Assembly (NCBI GenBank): GCA_963705275.1
Contig: OY970063.1
Coordinates: forward strand, 196,974 to 260,973
Source of the DNA: an uncultured delta proteobacterium
GTDB taxonomy: Bacteria > Desulfobacterota > Syntrophia > Syntrophales > UBA2185
Reading direction: 5' to 3'
DNA: 64,000 nt
A program made the position numbers and the translations under genes. The notes beneath the pieces are model-generated. The model searched no databases. It was given only the letters and a program-made list of their open reading frames with translations, and was not told the origin of the DNA. Below, piece after piece: positions 49,799-60,059 of this stretch. The number at the start of each line of letters is the position of its first letter. Within the stretch, counting starts at the first letter, position 1.

Positions 49799-51008
49799 TA
49801 AATGCCCTCCAGTTCTTTATGAAGTGGTCCATCAGAAGGTAGCCAGGAGAGACCTTTACTCCATGTGCCCGTGCCGCTCTTTCGCTAAATGTTGAGCCGC
49901 TACTCAAATTTTCATATTTATCAGTGGACAGTACAGCAAAGGGAGACGGGTCTGATGAATGTGTCCTCATGCTGATAGGTGTCGGATGATCACTTAAGAC
50001 CAGTAGCCTGAAGGGAGACAGTCCATAAATCCTATTCAATATGGCGCCTACTATCTTCTCATCAAAATCTTCAATAGCCCGTATCTTTCCGGCTACATTT
50101 CCTTCATGACCCATTTCGTCAGGGGCCTCAACATGGACGAAAACAAAATCGGTCTCTTCTAGCGCATCAATAGCCCTCCTTGCCTTTCCATCATAGTTAG
50201 TATCCACATAACCCGTCGCGCCGTCAACGCGCATGACTTTGAGTCCAGCATAAATACCGATGCCATTCAGGAGGTCGACGGCTGATATCATGCCCCCTTT
50301 GAAACCGTACTTGTCCGTCAGTTTGGCAAATTTCGGCGCCCTTCCCTCTCCCCATAGCCATATCGAATTTGCTGGCTTTTCGCCCTTTGCTATGCGTGAC
50401 CGGTTTACGGGATGACCGCGCAGAAGAACCTGTGAACGCTCCATGAGTCTTCTTATTTCATCCGCACCCTTTCCCTGGGGTAGATAATCCGCGATTGCCT
50501 TGCCGGTGATATCATGTGGGGGCGTTGTCTCAAGATCGGCTTTGCCACACCTCCACACGAAGAGGTGTCTATAACTTACTCCAGGATAGAATTGAAAGTT
50601 GCTATTGCCCAAACCATCGTTTATATCCTTTATAATCTTCCTTGCTTCTTCCGTTCCTATATGTCCTGCTGTAAAGTCATCCATCACATATTGTGCATTT
50701 CTCCGGAGGGTCACAAGATTGCAGCGGAAGGCTATATCATCGGCTCCGAGATGAACCCCCATATTGGCCGCTTCCAAAGGCCCTCGACCAGTGTAAGATT
50801 CCACAGGGTCATAGCCAAGGAGGCTCAGAATCGCCACGTCACTGCCTGGAGAAAAACCGGCGGGAATGGTATCGATCAGTCCAAGTGTTCCTTCTTTTGC
50901 AACCCTGTCCATATATGGGGTATGGGCATATTCCAAGGGTGTCTTATCGCCCAGTTCTTCTAGGGGAAAATCCGCCATGCCATCACCGAGCAGGATAATA
51001 TATTTCAT
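49779..51008 (-). CDS. Archaeal-type cofactor-independent phosphoglycerate mutase homologue (ApgM-like); candidate non-canonical homoserine kinase
   Basis: MKYIILLGDGMADFPLEELGDKTPLEYAHTPYMD..., VHVEAPDEMGHEG and LSDHPTP are the alkaline-phosphatase-superfamily metal sites of the ApgM family. It lies immediately downstream of hom. Confidence 0.85.
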   Translation of the reverse strand: MKYIILLGDGMADFPLEELGDKTPLEYAHTPYMDRVAKEGTLGLIDTIPAGFSPGSDVAILSLLGYDPVESYTGRGPLEAANMGVHLGADDIAFRCNLVTLRRNAQYVMDDFTAGHIGTEEARKIIKDINDGLGNSNFQFYPGVSYRHLFVWRCGKADLETTPPHDITGKAIADYLPQGKGADEIRRLMERSQVLLRGHPVNRSRIAKGEKPANSIWLWGEGRAPKFAKLTDKYGFKGGMISAVDLLNGIGIYAGLKVMRVDGATGYVDTNYDGKARRAIDALEETDFVFVHVEAPDEMGHEGNVAGKIRAIEDFDEKIVGAILNRIYGLSPFRLLVLSDHPTPISMRTHSSDPSPFAVLSTDKYENLSSGSTFSERAARAHGVKVSPGYLLMDHFIKNWRAFIEEKSR

Positions 51009-51073
51009 TGCAGTCTGGATACTCCCCAAATAAATGACTAAGACGAGTTATAAAGGTCGTTGCTTTGAAACCG

Positions 51074-52384
51074 TTACAACCTCTCGTCCTCGATTCTTAT
51101 CAATATGGTCTTTCCATGAATAATTTCAAGTTGATCTATTTCCGTTATAGCTTTCTGAAGATTTTTTTCCTTCGACTTATGTGTAGTCATGACTATCGGA
51201 ACAGGGCCTGCCTTCTGCCTTCCCTTTTGGATGACTGCGGCAATGCTGATATCATTTGCACCGAGAATTCCTGCAATCCTGGAAAGTACGCCTGGCCGGT
51301 CCAGGGCAGAAAAACGGATATAGTAGTTTGTAACGATTTCTTCAAATGGCATTAGCTTTATATCATCTATCACGTTCTCTCTTAGTGAGCGCGCAGGAAC
51401 GCGTCCCGACATGCCTGTCTGTAGATTACGCGAGATATCGATTACATCACCCACTACAGCGCTTGCTGTGGGCATCATTCCCGCACCTTGACCATAGAGA
51501 AATACTGAATCCGCCGCATCACCGACAATATGAAATGCATTGAAATTTCCATTCACGTTTGCCAGAAGGTGGCCAAAAGGAATCATGGTCGGATGAATCC
51601 TTGCCTCAATAGAGTCACCCCTGAGGATTGCAATGGCAAGCAGCTTGATCCGATACCCGAGTTCTCTGGCAAATTCGATATCCTGTTGACTGATGCCTGA
51701 TATGCCCTCCCTGTGAATTTCTTCAAGCCTTACTCTCTTACCGTATGCCAATGATAACGTAATGGCAAGCTTGTGAGCCGTATCGACGCCTTCGATATCA
51801 AAAGTAGGATCGACCTCCGCAAATCCTAGCTTCTGGGCTTCCTTCAGCACGACTTGAAAGGATTTTTTCTCATCCGTCATTTTGCTCAATACATAGTTAG
51901 CTGTACCGTTGATAATGCCGAAAATGGATTTTATTCTGTTTGCTGCAAGGCTTTCCTTCAATGTCTTGATGATGGGGATTGTGCCGCCAACACTGGCTTC
52001 GAAACCGATATCCACACCTTCTTCCTCAGCAGCCCGAAATATTTCATTTCCGTAAGTAGCCAGAAGGGCTTTATTGGCTGTTACTACGTGCTTTCGTTTC
52101 CGGACTGCCTCAAGTATGAAAGAGCGCGCAGGCTCATATCCACCCATTAGTTCTATGACTATCGATATTTCAGGATCGTCGAGGATTACTTTCGCATCTG
52201 CAGTGAGTAAACCCTTCTCTACGGCAACCTCTCTCGGTGTCGTAATATCAATATCTGCAATCTTCTTTAGGAAGAGTCTTGCGCCCAAGCGATTTTCGAT
52301 GACTTCACTGCTATCTTGAAGCAGTTTTACCACTCCTGTGCCTATCGTACCGAAACCGATTAATCCAATAGCTATTTTCTTCAT
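51074..52384 (-). CDS. hom: Homoserine dehydrogenase
   Basis: 436 aa. IGLIGFGTIGTGV (NAD-binding), the catalytic domain (…ANKALLA…GTANYVL…), and a C-terminal ACT domain. Confidence 0.95.
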   Translation of the reverse strand: MKKIAIGLIGFGTIGTGVVKLLQDSSEVIENRLGARLFLKKIADIDITTPREVAVEKGLLTADAKVILDDPEISIVIELMGGYEPARSFILEAVRKRKHVVTANKALLATYGNEIFRAAEEEGVDIGFEASVGGTIPIIKTLKESLAANRIKSIFGIINGTANYVLSKMTDEKKSFQVVLKEAQKLGFAEVDPTFDIEGVDTAHKLAITLSLAYGKRVRLEEIHREGISGISQQDIEFARELGYRIKLLAIAILRGDSIEARIHPTMIPFGHLLANVNGNFNAFHIVGDAADSVFLYGQGAGMMPTASAVVGDVIDISRNLQTGMSGRVPARSLRENVIDDIKLMPFEEIVTNYYIRFSALDRPGVLSRIAGILGANDISIAAVIQKGRQKAGPVPIVMTTHKSKEKNLQKAITEIDQLEIIHGKTILIRIEDERL

Positions 52385-52475
52385 GACGTCATACCCGTAC
52401 CAGATTCCACATCTCTCTTATGTGCGCGGCATACCTAAATAACGATTCTGTTCATTGGCGCAAAATGTTGTCACT

Positions 52476-52503
52476 TCTATAACAGTTAACGCATGCTTGT
52501 CAA
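52476..52503 (-). promoter_or_regulatory. Candidate sigma70 promoter for the hom / ApgM-like / ybgC genes
   Basis: Minus strand: TTGACA, 16-nt spacer, TATAGA, about 90 nt upstream of the hom ATG. Confidence 0.4.
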
Positions 52504-52521
52504 AAGAAATTAAGTCCTTGC

Positions 52522-54999
52522 CTAACCAGTTTTTGCCAGTTCAAACCTGCCTCCCCATCTGTGCAGGAGGATTTTCTTCAGCAGTGCATACTTGTCATTT
52601 TCCAGTCCCGAAATGTGTTCTGCCAACGAGAAAGCATCTGCCCTTGCCTCAAAGAGAATATCCGCATCTCTCAGGATATGAGCAATACGGAAATCAGGAA
52701 CTCCCGACTGCCTGGTTCCCATAAATTCACCGGGGCCCCGTATGGCTAAATCCTCTTCGGCGATTTTGAAACCGTCATTCGTCTGTTCCATGACCCGCAG
52801 CCTCCTCGTTGCGTCCTCGGAACTTCTACCGTGCGACATCAATATGCAGAATGAAGGAATATCGCTCCTCCCGACCCGTCCTCTCAATTGATGCAATTGA
52901 GACAGCCCGAACCTCTCCGCATGTTCTATCACTATTAGGGATGCATGGGGTATGTCAATTCCCACTTCAATTACTGTCGTGCAAACAAGGATATCTATAT
53001 CTTTCTTTAGGAAACCTGCCATGGTCTCATCCTTCTGTTTTCCTTTCACACGGCCGTGGATCAGCCCGACCTTATGCTCTGGAAATATCTCTCTCCGCAG
53101 ATAGTCGGCCATCTTCGTTGCATCTTTGAGATCCAGGTTTTCAGATTCTTCCACCAATGGATAAACGACAAATATCTGGTTTCCCTTCATCAACTCCATT
53201 CTCATAATTTCGTAAACTCTATTGCGCTCATTTTCAAAAAAAACCTTCGTGCGAATCTCTTTTCTGCCGGGCGGGCATTCATCAATGACCGAAATATCCA
53301 AGTCGCCGTATACGGTCATGGCAAGTGTCCTCGGAATCGGGGTGGCGGTCATAACCAAGACATCGGGATTTACGCCTTTCTGTCTCAGCAGTGCCCTCTG
53401 TACAACGCCAAAGCGGTGCTGTTCATCGATTACGGCCAAACCAAGCTTTCTAAAAGTTACGTCCTTCTGAATCAACGCATGAGTCCCACAGGTAATGTGA
53501 GTATTGCCCTTTTCTATCCCTTCAATAATTTTTTTTCTTTCCGTGGTTTTCATGCCGCTCGTCAGCAAAACAGCTCTCAAATCAAGTCCGCGAGACCAAT
53601 CCTCGATGCGGTTGTAGTGCTGCTCAGCAAGAATTTCAGTAGGCGCCATTATGGCCGCCTGATATCCGTTTTCACAGGCAGTTATCATTGCCGCCATGGA
53701 CACAACTGTCTTTCCGCACCCTACATCGCCCTGCAGAAGCCTGTTCATGCTGGAGGTTCGGCCCATATCGTCTTCGATTTCCGCGATGACCCGTTTTTGT
53801 GCATTCGTTAATGTGAAGGGGAGAATCCCGTAAAATCTATGGAGGCTCTTGCCTTGGGTCCTAAATGCTATTCCCTCGTCGAGTATCTCGGCCTTTCTTT
53901 TTAAGGCCATAGCCAACTGGAGAAAAAAGAACTCATCATATATCAGTCTTCGATGAGCATCCGAGCGCATTTCATTGTACTCCTCGATGCGCTCACCAGT
54001 TGCAGGAAAATGAATGCTGCGGACGGCACCACGAATATCTCGTAGACCGCGTTTCTCACAAATTTCATCAGGTATGGGGCTCAGGACATATTGCGAATAG
54101 TTATCCACCGCATGCGCCATAATCCTTCTTATATATTTCTGGTGAAGACCCTCTGTTTCTGAATAAACGGGTACGATCCTCTTGAAATTAATCAAATCTT
54201 CCACACTGTCAGCTTCGTCCAGTATCTCAAATTCGGGGTGCACCATGTCCTTGCTGAAAAGGTAAGTGCTCACTTCGCCGGTCATTATAACACGCACACC
54301 TTTTCTGAAGATCTTTCTCAGGTAACCCATATTTCCTTTAAACCATTTCGCTGTAAGCTGCCCGCTTCCGTCTTCTATGGTTACCTCATATGCTCTTCTA
54401 TTTCTGTACGACCGATATAGAGCGCTGGCTACATGGCCGATAACCGTTTCCGTTCTGCCCGCCGAAACCGATTTAATATCCCTAACCGTACGCCTGTCTT
54501 CATATCTTCGCGGTACGAAATAGAGCAGATCCTCAACAGTCTTGAGGCCCTTTTTCTCGAGCAGGGAAGCCATTTTGGGCCCGACCCCCTTTACAAACCT
54601 CAGAGGGAGGGACAACTTTTCGAGAGTTATTTCGCCGTTCTTCAACTTCTGTTCTTCTTTCTCGTCTTGAACGGATGAAATTACGGAAGAATGCCCTTCT
54701 ACAAACCCCTTCAGTTCATTAAGTAGCCGCAACGCTTTTTCTATGCGTTCCTTTTTATCTCCTAACGGCAGTTCGTCATAGCCATCGATTGCTTCTTCAA
54801 GACCAGAAATGATACTTCTATATGATGCATTTGTTTCATTTTGCGTCGCATTCCTGAAAGAAACACTCTGAAGCTGCTTCAAGAACGATCTCATTGTTGC
54901 TTCAAGGTCCTTAACCATGGGCAGATGCGCGTACGAATCTTGCGACGAGAATAATAAAGGAGCCTTGATTTTCTCAAGTATGGCAATTATTGATTCCAT
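52522..54999 (-). CDS. recG: ATP-dependent DNA helicase RecG (with an N-terminal extension of about 130 aa)
   Basis: 825 aa. Wedge/OB domain, Walker A GDVGCGKT, DEQH box (VIDEQHRFGV), and motif VI QLRGRVGR. Confidence 0.95.
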   Translation of the reverse strand: MESIIAILEKIKAPLLFSSQDSYAHLPMVKDLEATMRSFLKQLQSVSFRNATQNETNASYRSIISGLEEAIDGYDELPLGDKKERIEKALRLLNELKGFVEGHSSVISSVQDEKEEQKLKNGEITLEKLSLPLRFVKGVGPKMASLLEKKGLKTVEDLLYFVPRRYEDRRTVRDIKSVSAGRTETVIGHVASALYRSYRNRRAYEVTIEDGSGQLTAKWFKGNMGYLRKIFRKGVRVIMTGEVSTYLFSKDMVHPEFEILDEADSVEDLINFKRIVPVYSETEGLHQKYIRRIMAHAVDNYSQYVLSPIPDEICEKRGLRDIRGAVRSIHFPATGERIEEYNEMRSDAHRRLIYDEFFFLQLAMALKRKAEILDEGIAFRTQGKSLHRFYGILPFTLTNAQKRVIAEIEDDMGRTSSMNRLLQGDVGCGKTVVSMAAMITACENGYQAAIMAPTEILAEQHYNRIEDWSRGLDLRAVLLTSGMKTTERKKIIEGIEKGNTHITCGTHALIQKDVTFRKLGLAVIDEQHRFGVVQRALLRQKGVNPDVLVMTATPIPRTLAMTVYGDLDISVIDECPPGRKEIRTKVFFENERNRVYEIMRMELMKGNQIFVVYPLVEESENLDLKDATKMADYLRREIFPEHKVGLIHGRVKGKQKDETMAGFLKKDIDILVCTTVIEVGIDIPHASLIVIEHAERFGLSQLHQLRGRVGRSDIPSFCILMSHGRSSEDATRRLRVMEQTNDGFKIAEEDLAIRGPGEFMGTRQSGVPDFRIAHILRDADILFEARADAFSLAEHISGLENDKYALLKKILLHRWGGRFELAKTG

Positions 55000-55159
55000 C
55001 AGATATCAACTCTTCAAAGTCAAATATTAGTATAATAATTTCAAATACAAGGGTTGATCTCAGGTAACAGATATCCAATGTTTTCGCAAGTAAAGAATTG
55101 ACATAAGAAAGCAATTACGATACAAGTCATCCCCATCTTAGAGGCACGACGGAAGTAGA

Positions 55160-56203
55160 ATGCAGAGAAAAATATCCTATAAAGATGCAGGTGTTGATAT
55201 AGACAAAGCAAATCTGTTTGTCGAAAGGATCAAGACAATCACAAAATCAACTTTTCGCAAGGAAGTGTTGAGTTCCATCGGTGGTTTCGGAGGTCTCTTT
55301 CGTCTCGATATTGGGAAATATAGTAATCCCGTCCTGGTCTCATCCACAGACGGCGTGGGGACAAAGCTAAAGATCGCGCAGATGATGGATAAGCACGACT
55401 CTATCGGCATCGACCTCGTCGCGATGTCCGTAAATGATGTGGTAGTCCAGGGAGCTGAGCCCCTTTTTTTCCTGGACTACATCTCTACTGGCATGCTCAA
55501 TATGGAAAGAGATGTTAAGATCATCGAAGGCATTGTTAAAGGGTGCCGGGAGGCCGGCTGCGCCCTCATCGGGGGAGAGACCGCTGAAATGCCCGCATTT
55601 TATCGAGATGATGATTATGATTTGGCGGGTTTCTGTGTTGGTATAGTGGACGCTGAAAGAATAGTCGACGGCTCGGAGATCCGTGTGGGGGACAGGATAA
55701 TCGGTATCGCATCAAACGGTATCCACAGCAACGGCTTTTCCCTGGCGAGAAAAGTTCTGTTTGAAAACGGTGGACTCGGCGTCGCTGATAAGCTCGGTGA
55801 TCTCTCCCATTCCATAGGCGCCGAGCTCCTTCGTCCGACAAGGATTTACGTGAAGCCTCTCTTGAATCTAATCAAGAATTTCAGCATCAAGGGCCTTGTC
55901 CATATCACTGGGGGTGGATTTATCGATAATATACCACGCATTTTGCCTAAAGCCTGTCGTGCCGTTATTCTGAGAGACAGCTGGGACATACCGCCGGTTT
56001 TTGCTATTATCAAGAGAATGGGAAACATTGACGATGGAGAAATGTACAGAGTTTTTAACATGGGTGTAGGCATGATGGCAGTGGCGGCCGAAAAAGAAGC
56101 ATCCGATGTGATGGAGCGACTGGAAAATTTGGGAGTGCAGGCCTATGCCATCGGTTTCATAGATCGGAAAGATGAAGACCAACAATCAGTATCATTTATC
56201 TAA
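55160..56203 (+). CDS. purM: Phosphoribosylformylglycinamidine cyclo-ligase (AIR synthetase)
   Basis: 347 aa. YKDAGVDID, GGFGGLF, TDGVGTKL and GGETAEMP. Confidence 0.96.
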   Translation: MQRKISYKDAGVDIDKANLFVERIKTITKSTFRKEVLSSIGGFGGLFRLDIGKYSNPVLVSSTDGVGTKLKIAQMMDKHDSIGIDLVAMSVNDVVVQGAEPLFFLDYISTGMLNMERDVKIIEGIVKGCREAGCALIGGETAEMPAFYRDDDYDLAGFCVGIVDAERIVDGSEIRVGDRIIGIASNGIHSNGFSLARKVLFENGGLGVADKLGDLSHSIGAELLRPTRIYVKPLLNLIKNFSIKGLVHITGGGFIDNIPRILPKACRAVILRDSWDIPPVFAIIKRMGNIDDGEMYRVFNMGVGMMAVAAEKEASDVMERLENLGVQAYAIGFIDRKDEDQQSVSFI

Positions 56204-56208
56204 CGGGC

Positions 56209-56874
56209 ATGAAACGAAAAATAAATTTGGGGGCTCTCGTCTCAGGGAGCGGATCTAATCTCCAGGCAATCATAGACAATATCGAGAAGGGTCTCCTTGA
56301 CGGGGTGATTAATGTCGTAATCAGCAATAACGCCGATGCTTATGCTCTTGTGCGGGCAAAGAAACATAATATTCCATGCGTGGTTATCAAACATTCCGAT
56401 TTCAAGAACAGGGAAGATTTCGACGGGGAGATGATCGATGTTCTGAAATCGTTTTCCGTCGACCTGGTAGTGATGGCCGGATTTATGAGACTCTTAACCC
56501 CCCTTTTCTTAAATGCATTTGCCATGAGAATTATGAATATACACCCTGCAATCCTTCCCGCCTTCCCAGGTGTTCACGCTCAAAAAAGAGCTGCCGACTA
56601 TGGTGTAAGATTTTCTGGTTGTACGGTTCATTTTGCTGACGAGGGGGTGGACTCCGGCCCTATCATTATTCAGGCCGTAGTTCCCGCCTATGATGATGAC
56701 ACTGAGGATACTCTCGCTGCCAGAATATTAAAGGAAGAGCATAGGATATATCCTCAAGCCATTCAATTTTATGCCGAAGGCAGGCTCGAAGTGATAGGGA
56801 GAAAGGTCAGAATAAAAGGCAGTGAGCGGATCCCAGAAGCGGCTTTTTATAATCCTTCCCTAACCGTCTTTTGA
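56209..56874 (+). CDS. purN: Phosphoribosylglycinamide formyltransferase
   Basis: 221 aa. SGSGSNLQAIID, MAGFMRLL, NIHPAILPAFPG and the catalytic HFADEGVDSGPII. Confidence 0.95.
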   Translation: MKRKINLGALVSGSGSNLQAIIDNIEKGLLDGVINVVISNNADAYALVRAKKHNIPCVVIKHSDFKNREDFDGEMIDVLKSFSVDLVVMAGFMRLLTPLFLNAFAMRIMNIHPAILPAFPGVHAQKRAADYGVRFSGCTVHFADEGVDSGPIIIQAVVPAYDDDTEDTLAARILKEEHRIYPQAIQFYAEGRLEVIGRKVRIKGSERIPEAAFYNPSLTVF

Positions 56875-56965
56875 CCTGCGCATTTCTGGCCTCGCATAGA
56901 TTTTCAGAAGTAGATTAAGGATAGATCGCAAGCTTCAACTGCATTCCAATCTCTCTTTTTTGCAT

Positions 56966-58435
56966 ATGTACGATACTATCGTCATCGGTAATGATTTAAG
57001 CTCCTTAGTTGCGGCTGCCGTAATTTCACATCATGGCAAGAAGACCGCGCTGTTATCTGAAGATGATGCCAAACACGTTTATTCTGATTTCGGATACACA
57101 TTCAATGTCAATCCCTTGCCCTTGACAGGTTTCGGCCCGTCACAGATATGTTCACGCCTTCTTGAAGATCTTGGAATACCCGCTGCGGCATACTCAGAGC
57201 TGCGGTTATTGAATCCCGGTCTTCAAATCATTCTTTCCGATCATAGAGTAGATTGCTTCCACGGGCGGGAGGAACTTCTCCATGATATGGAAAGAGAATT
57301 CCCGGATTACGCAGATGTAGTTCGCAAATTATATTCCTCGGTTCTGAAAATCAGCAATCTTGTCGAACAGCGGATGATGGAAAAACTGCGTATCTACCCT
57401 GTCAACTTCAACGAATTTCTTTCTTTTCTGAAGGGGATTCCCGTAATTCTGACCGAAGCGCACTCACTTTCAAGACGATTTAAATCAATTGCAAAGAATC
57501 CTTCACTGACCAGGGTCTTCGAGGCAGAACGGGCAATTCTTTCCAACTCCAGCGATAATCTGAACGGCGTCTTTGCCGCCTCGTCTGCGTATGCACTGTC
57601 ACTGCCCTTGAGAGGACTCTATCATCATGTCGGTGGGAATGAGGCACTCGTGGGATTACTGAAATCTGCATTTCAGGCGTCCGGAGGCCATCTCATAAAA
57701 AATTCCTCTGTCATGAGAATAAATGTGGGAAAAGAAATTGATCTCGATATCTCCGTACGGGAAGCAGCATTAACACAGGTTCATGCACGATATCTTATCG
57801 TCAGTACAAAATGGGAGAAACTCAGATCACTTCTTCCGGGCGGCCGAAAATTCAGGCGCATGGAACAGAAACTGAAATTGGTTAGACCTGCGTACTATCC
57901 ATTTACCCTGCACATGGGCGTGCTTGAAAGATGCATTCCTGAAAGAATGGCAACTTATGTGGCTATCATCATCGATCAAAATAGACCGGTCATGGATGAT
58001 AATGTTGTTTTTGCGGAGATTAGCGACAGAGATTGTAAAGAACGGGCCCCTGTCGGCAAGAGGGCTTTGAGTGCAACTATTTTTCTAAAGGAAAATCCTC
58101 TTGCATTGACGAATGACGATCTCACGGATGTTTCCCAAGTCGTATTCTGTGCCCTCGAAAAATTTGTTCCGTTCCTGAGAGAAAGCCTCGATTTCCTCAA
58201 TATCGGCGCATCTATTGAACTCTCAAGGAAGTGTCAGGAATTGGTAAATCAGAAGTACATTATGCGGCCTGATTCTTTCTTTGGTATGCCGGGCATATCA
58301 AATAGAACTCCCTTGCGTAACGTATTTATGGCAGGGGGAATGTTACGGCCGGGCCTTGGTTTTGAAGGCGAAATAATATCCGGATTAAATGCCGCCAATT
58401 CAGTTGTCGCAAAGGAGAAAAAGAGGCATGCATAA
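56966..58435 (+). CDS. Phytoene-desaturase-like (NAD(P)/FAD oxidoreductase fold) protein with a degenerate dinucleotide-binding motif
   Basis: About 490 aa. The N-terminus YDTIVIGNDLSSLVAAAVISHHGKKTALLSE has the beta-alpha-beta layout, but GxGxxG is replaced by GNDLSS. The C-terminus (...VFMAGGMLRPGLGFEGEIISGLNAA) is typical of CrtI-like amine-oxidase-fold proteins. Confidence 0.7.
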   Translation: MYDTIVIGNDLSSLVAAAVISHHGKKTALLSEDDAKHVYSDFGYTFNVNPLPLTGFGPSQICSRLLEDLGIPAAAYSELRLLNPGLQIILSDHRVDCFHGREELLHDMEREFPDYADVVRKLYSSVLKISNLVEQRMMEKLRIYPVNFNEFLSFLKGIPVILTEAHSLSRRFKSIAKNPSLTRVFEAERAILSNSSDNLNGVFAASSAYALSLPLRGLYHHVGGNEALVGLLKSAFQASGGHLIKNSSVMRINVGKEIDLDISVREAALTQVHARYLIVSTKWEKLRSLLPGGRKFRRMEQKLKLVRPAYYPFTLHMGVLERCIPERMATYVAIIIDQNRPVMDDNVVFAEISDRDCKERAPVGKRALSATIFLKENPLALTNDDLTDVSQVVFCALEKFVPFLRESLDFLNIGASIELSRKCQELVNQKYIMRPDSFFGMPGISNRTPLRNVFMAGGMLRPGLGFEGEIISGLNAANSVVAKEKKRHA

Positions 58436-59736
58436 AAGATTTGATGATTTTACAATCCAGGACCTGGGAGAGAGAATCATACCGTCACCGGTGATAGTCA
58501 GTTATTATACTCCCGATAGCAAGCGCATTCTTCATAACATCTATCTTGAGCACTACAAAGACGTAATCACTGGAGATGGCATGCCCCTGTCAATAGAAGT
58601 TGCCGGACCGAGGGAAAAGATTTTTTTTGACCCTGCGCAAACGAAGGCAGCGATTGTTACATGTGGCGGTCTATGTCCAGGTATCAACGACGTCATCAGG
58701 GCAATTTTCATGGAGTTGTTTCACAGATACGGAGTGAAAAATGTCGTGGGCATCAAATATGGGTTTCAGGGTCTGATTCCGAAATACGGCCATCAGGTAT
58801 TAGAACTGACACCCGACATTGTCAAAGATATACACACTTCCGGAGGAAGCATCCTGTCTTCATCACGTGGTATGCAGGATTCTGCTGGAGATAGTAAATA
58901 CACTAAAACGCATGAATGTCGATATCCTTTTCTGCATAGGGGGAGATGGGACCATGAGAGCCGCCGGGGTGATTGCAGAAGAGATAATGAAAAGAAAGCT
59001 TAACATCAGTGTAATAGGCATACCGAAGACTATCGACAACGATCTTAACCTTATTCAGAAAACATTCGGATTCGATACAGCCATCTCTGAGGCAGTTAAG
59101 GCCATCCAGTGCGCTCATGCTGAGGCTAAGGGTGCCCCAATGGGAATAGGTTTGGTAAAGATTATGGGACGCCAGTCCGGTCACATAGCATGTGGTGCAG
59201 CTCTAGCTCAGGGCGATGTCAATTTCGTCCTTATTCCCGAGGTACATTTTGATATGGAGGGGAAAAACGGTTTTCTTAAGGCACTTGAGGACCGTCTCAA
59301 GACAAGCGGACACTGCGTGATCCTCGTCGCTGAAGGAGCCGGACAGGATCTCATCCGTCGTGACAACGAGGCTATCGAGAAGGACGCCTCAGGTAATATA
59401 AGACTCCTTGACATCGGCACTTTTCTGAAAACGGAGGTAGAAGAATATTTAAAGCAGAGGGGCCTGGAGACCAATCTGAAATATATAGACCCCAGCTACA
59501 CAATTCGCAGCGTGCCTGCCAATGCCAGCGACAGCATTTACTGCGGAGGCCTCGGTCAATATGCTGTGCATGCGGGTATGGCAGGAAAAACGACCATGCT
59601 GGTAGGTCTCGTAAAGGATGAATACGTGCACCTTCCCTTTCAGATGGTTACCTCGGGATCAAAGGTCAATCCGGAGGGCAATATATGGATGCGTGTTCTG
59701 GAAACAACGGGGCAGCCGCCATCCATGAAAGCCTGA
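58428..59736 (+). pseudogene. pfkA: ATP-dependent 6-phosphofructokinase (long PfkA type, about 436 aa) interrupted by a 1-nt frame disruption near 58884-58890
   Basis: Frame A (from ATG 58428) carries TCGGLCPGINDVIR and HTSGGSILSSSRGMQDSA. Frame A+1 continues (L)EIVNTLKRMNVDILFCIGGDGTMRAAG...IPKTIDNDL...IMGRQSGHIA to 59736. Deleting one G in GCTGGAG restores ...MQDSAEIVNTLKRMNVD... Confidence 0.85.
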
Positions 59737-60059
59737 CCTGCAAGAGCAAGGATTTACGTATTGCAGATATCGAGAAGGTCACGATTTGACGAGATTTAAC
59801 CCGGCATCGGAAACATTATCAGATTGTTCCAGTTTCCTGCCGTTTAGGACGTTGTCATCCAGCGACAAAAGCTGAGAATCTTCACTCATTAGTAGTTTTC
59901 ACCTACCATTCCTCTACTTAATAATCCCCATTGTTTTCACTCATCAATGGTGCCACAAAACATTACGCTAAGCATACGTAATTAAACCGACACTGATTAC
60001 CCGACGTCCGACCACAGGATACGAGGTTTTAATATGACGATAATGCCTCAGGTCTATCC

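Noticed and set aside
52385-52475. Tiny uORFs in the hom leader (ATG AAC AGA ATC GTT ATT TAG and ATG CCG CGC ACA TAA), considered as a possible thr-type leader peptide.
   Set aside because: They are too short, have no run of Thr/Ile regulatory codons, and no downstream terminator/antiterminator pair is visible.
59779-59889. 36-codon minus-strand ORF (MSEDSQLLSLDDNVLNGRKLEQSDNVSDAGLNLVKS) in the 323-bp gap upstream of the sensor kinase.
   Set aside because: The SD (AGGTG) has poor spacing, I recognise no homology, and an ORF this short is expected by chance. I also saw no convincing ncRNA (SRP RNA, 6S, tmRNA, RNase P) signature in this gap.
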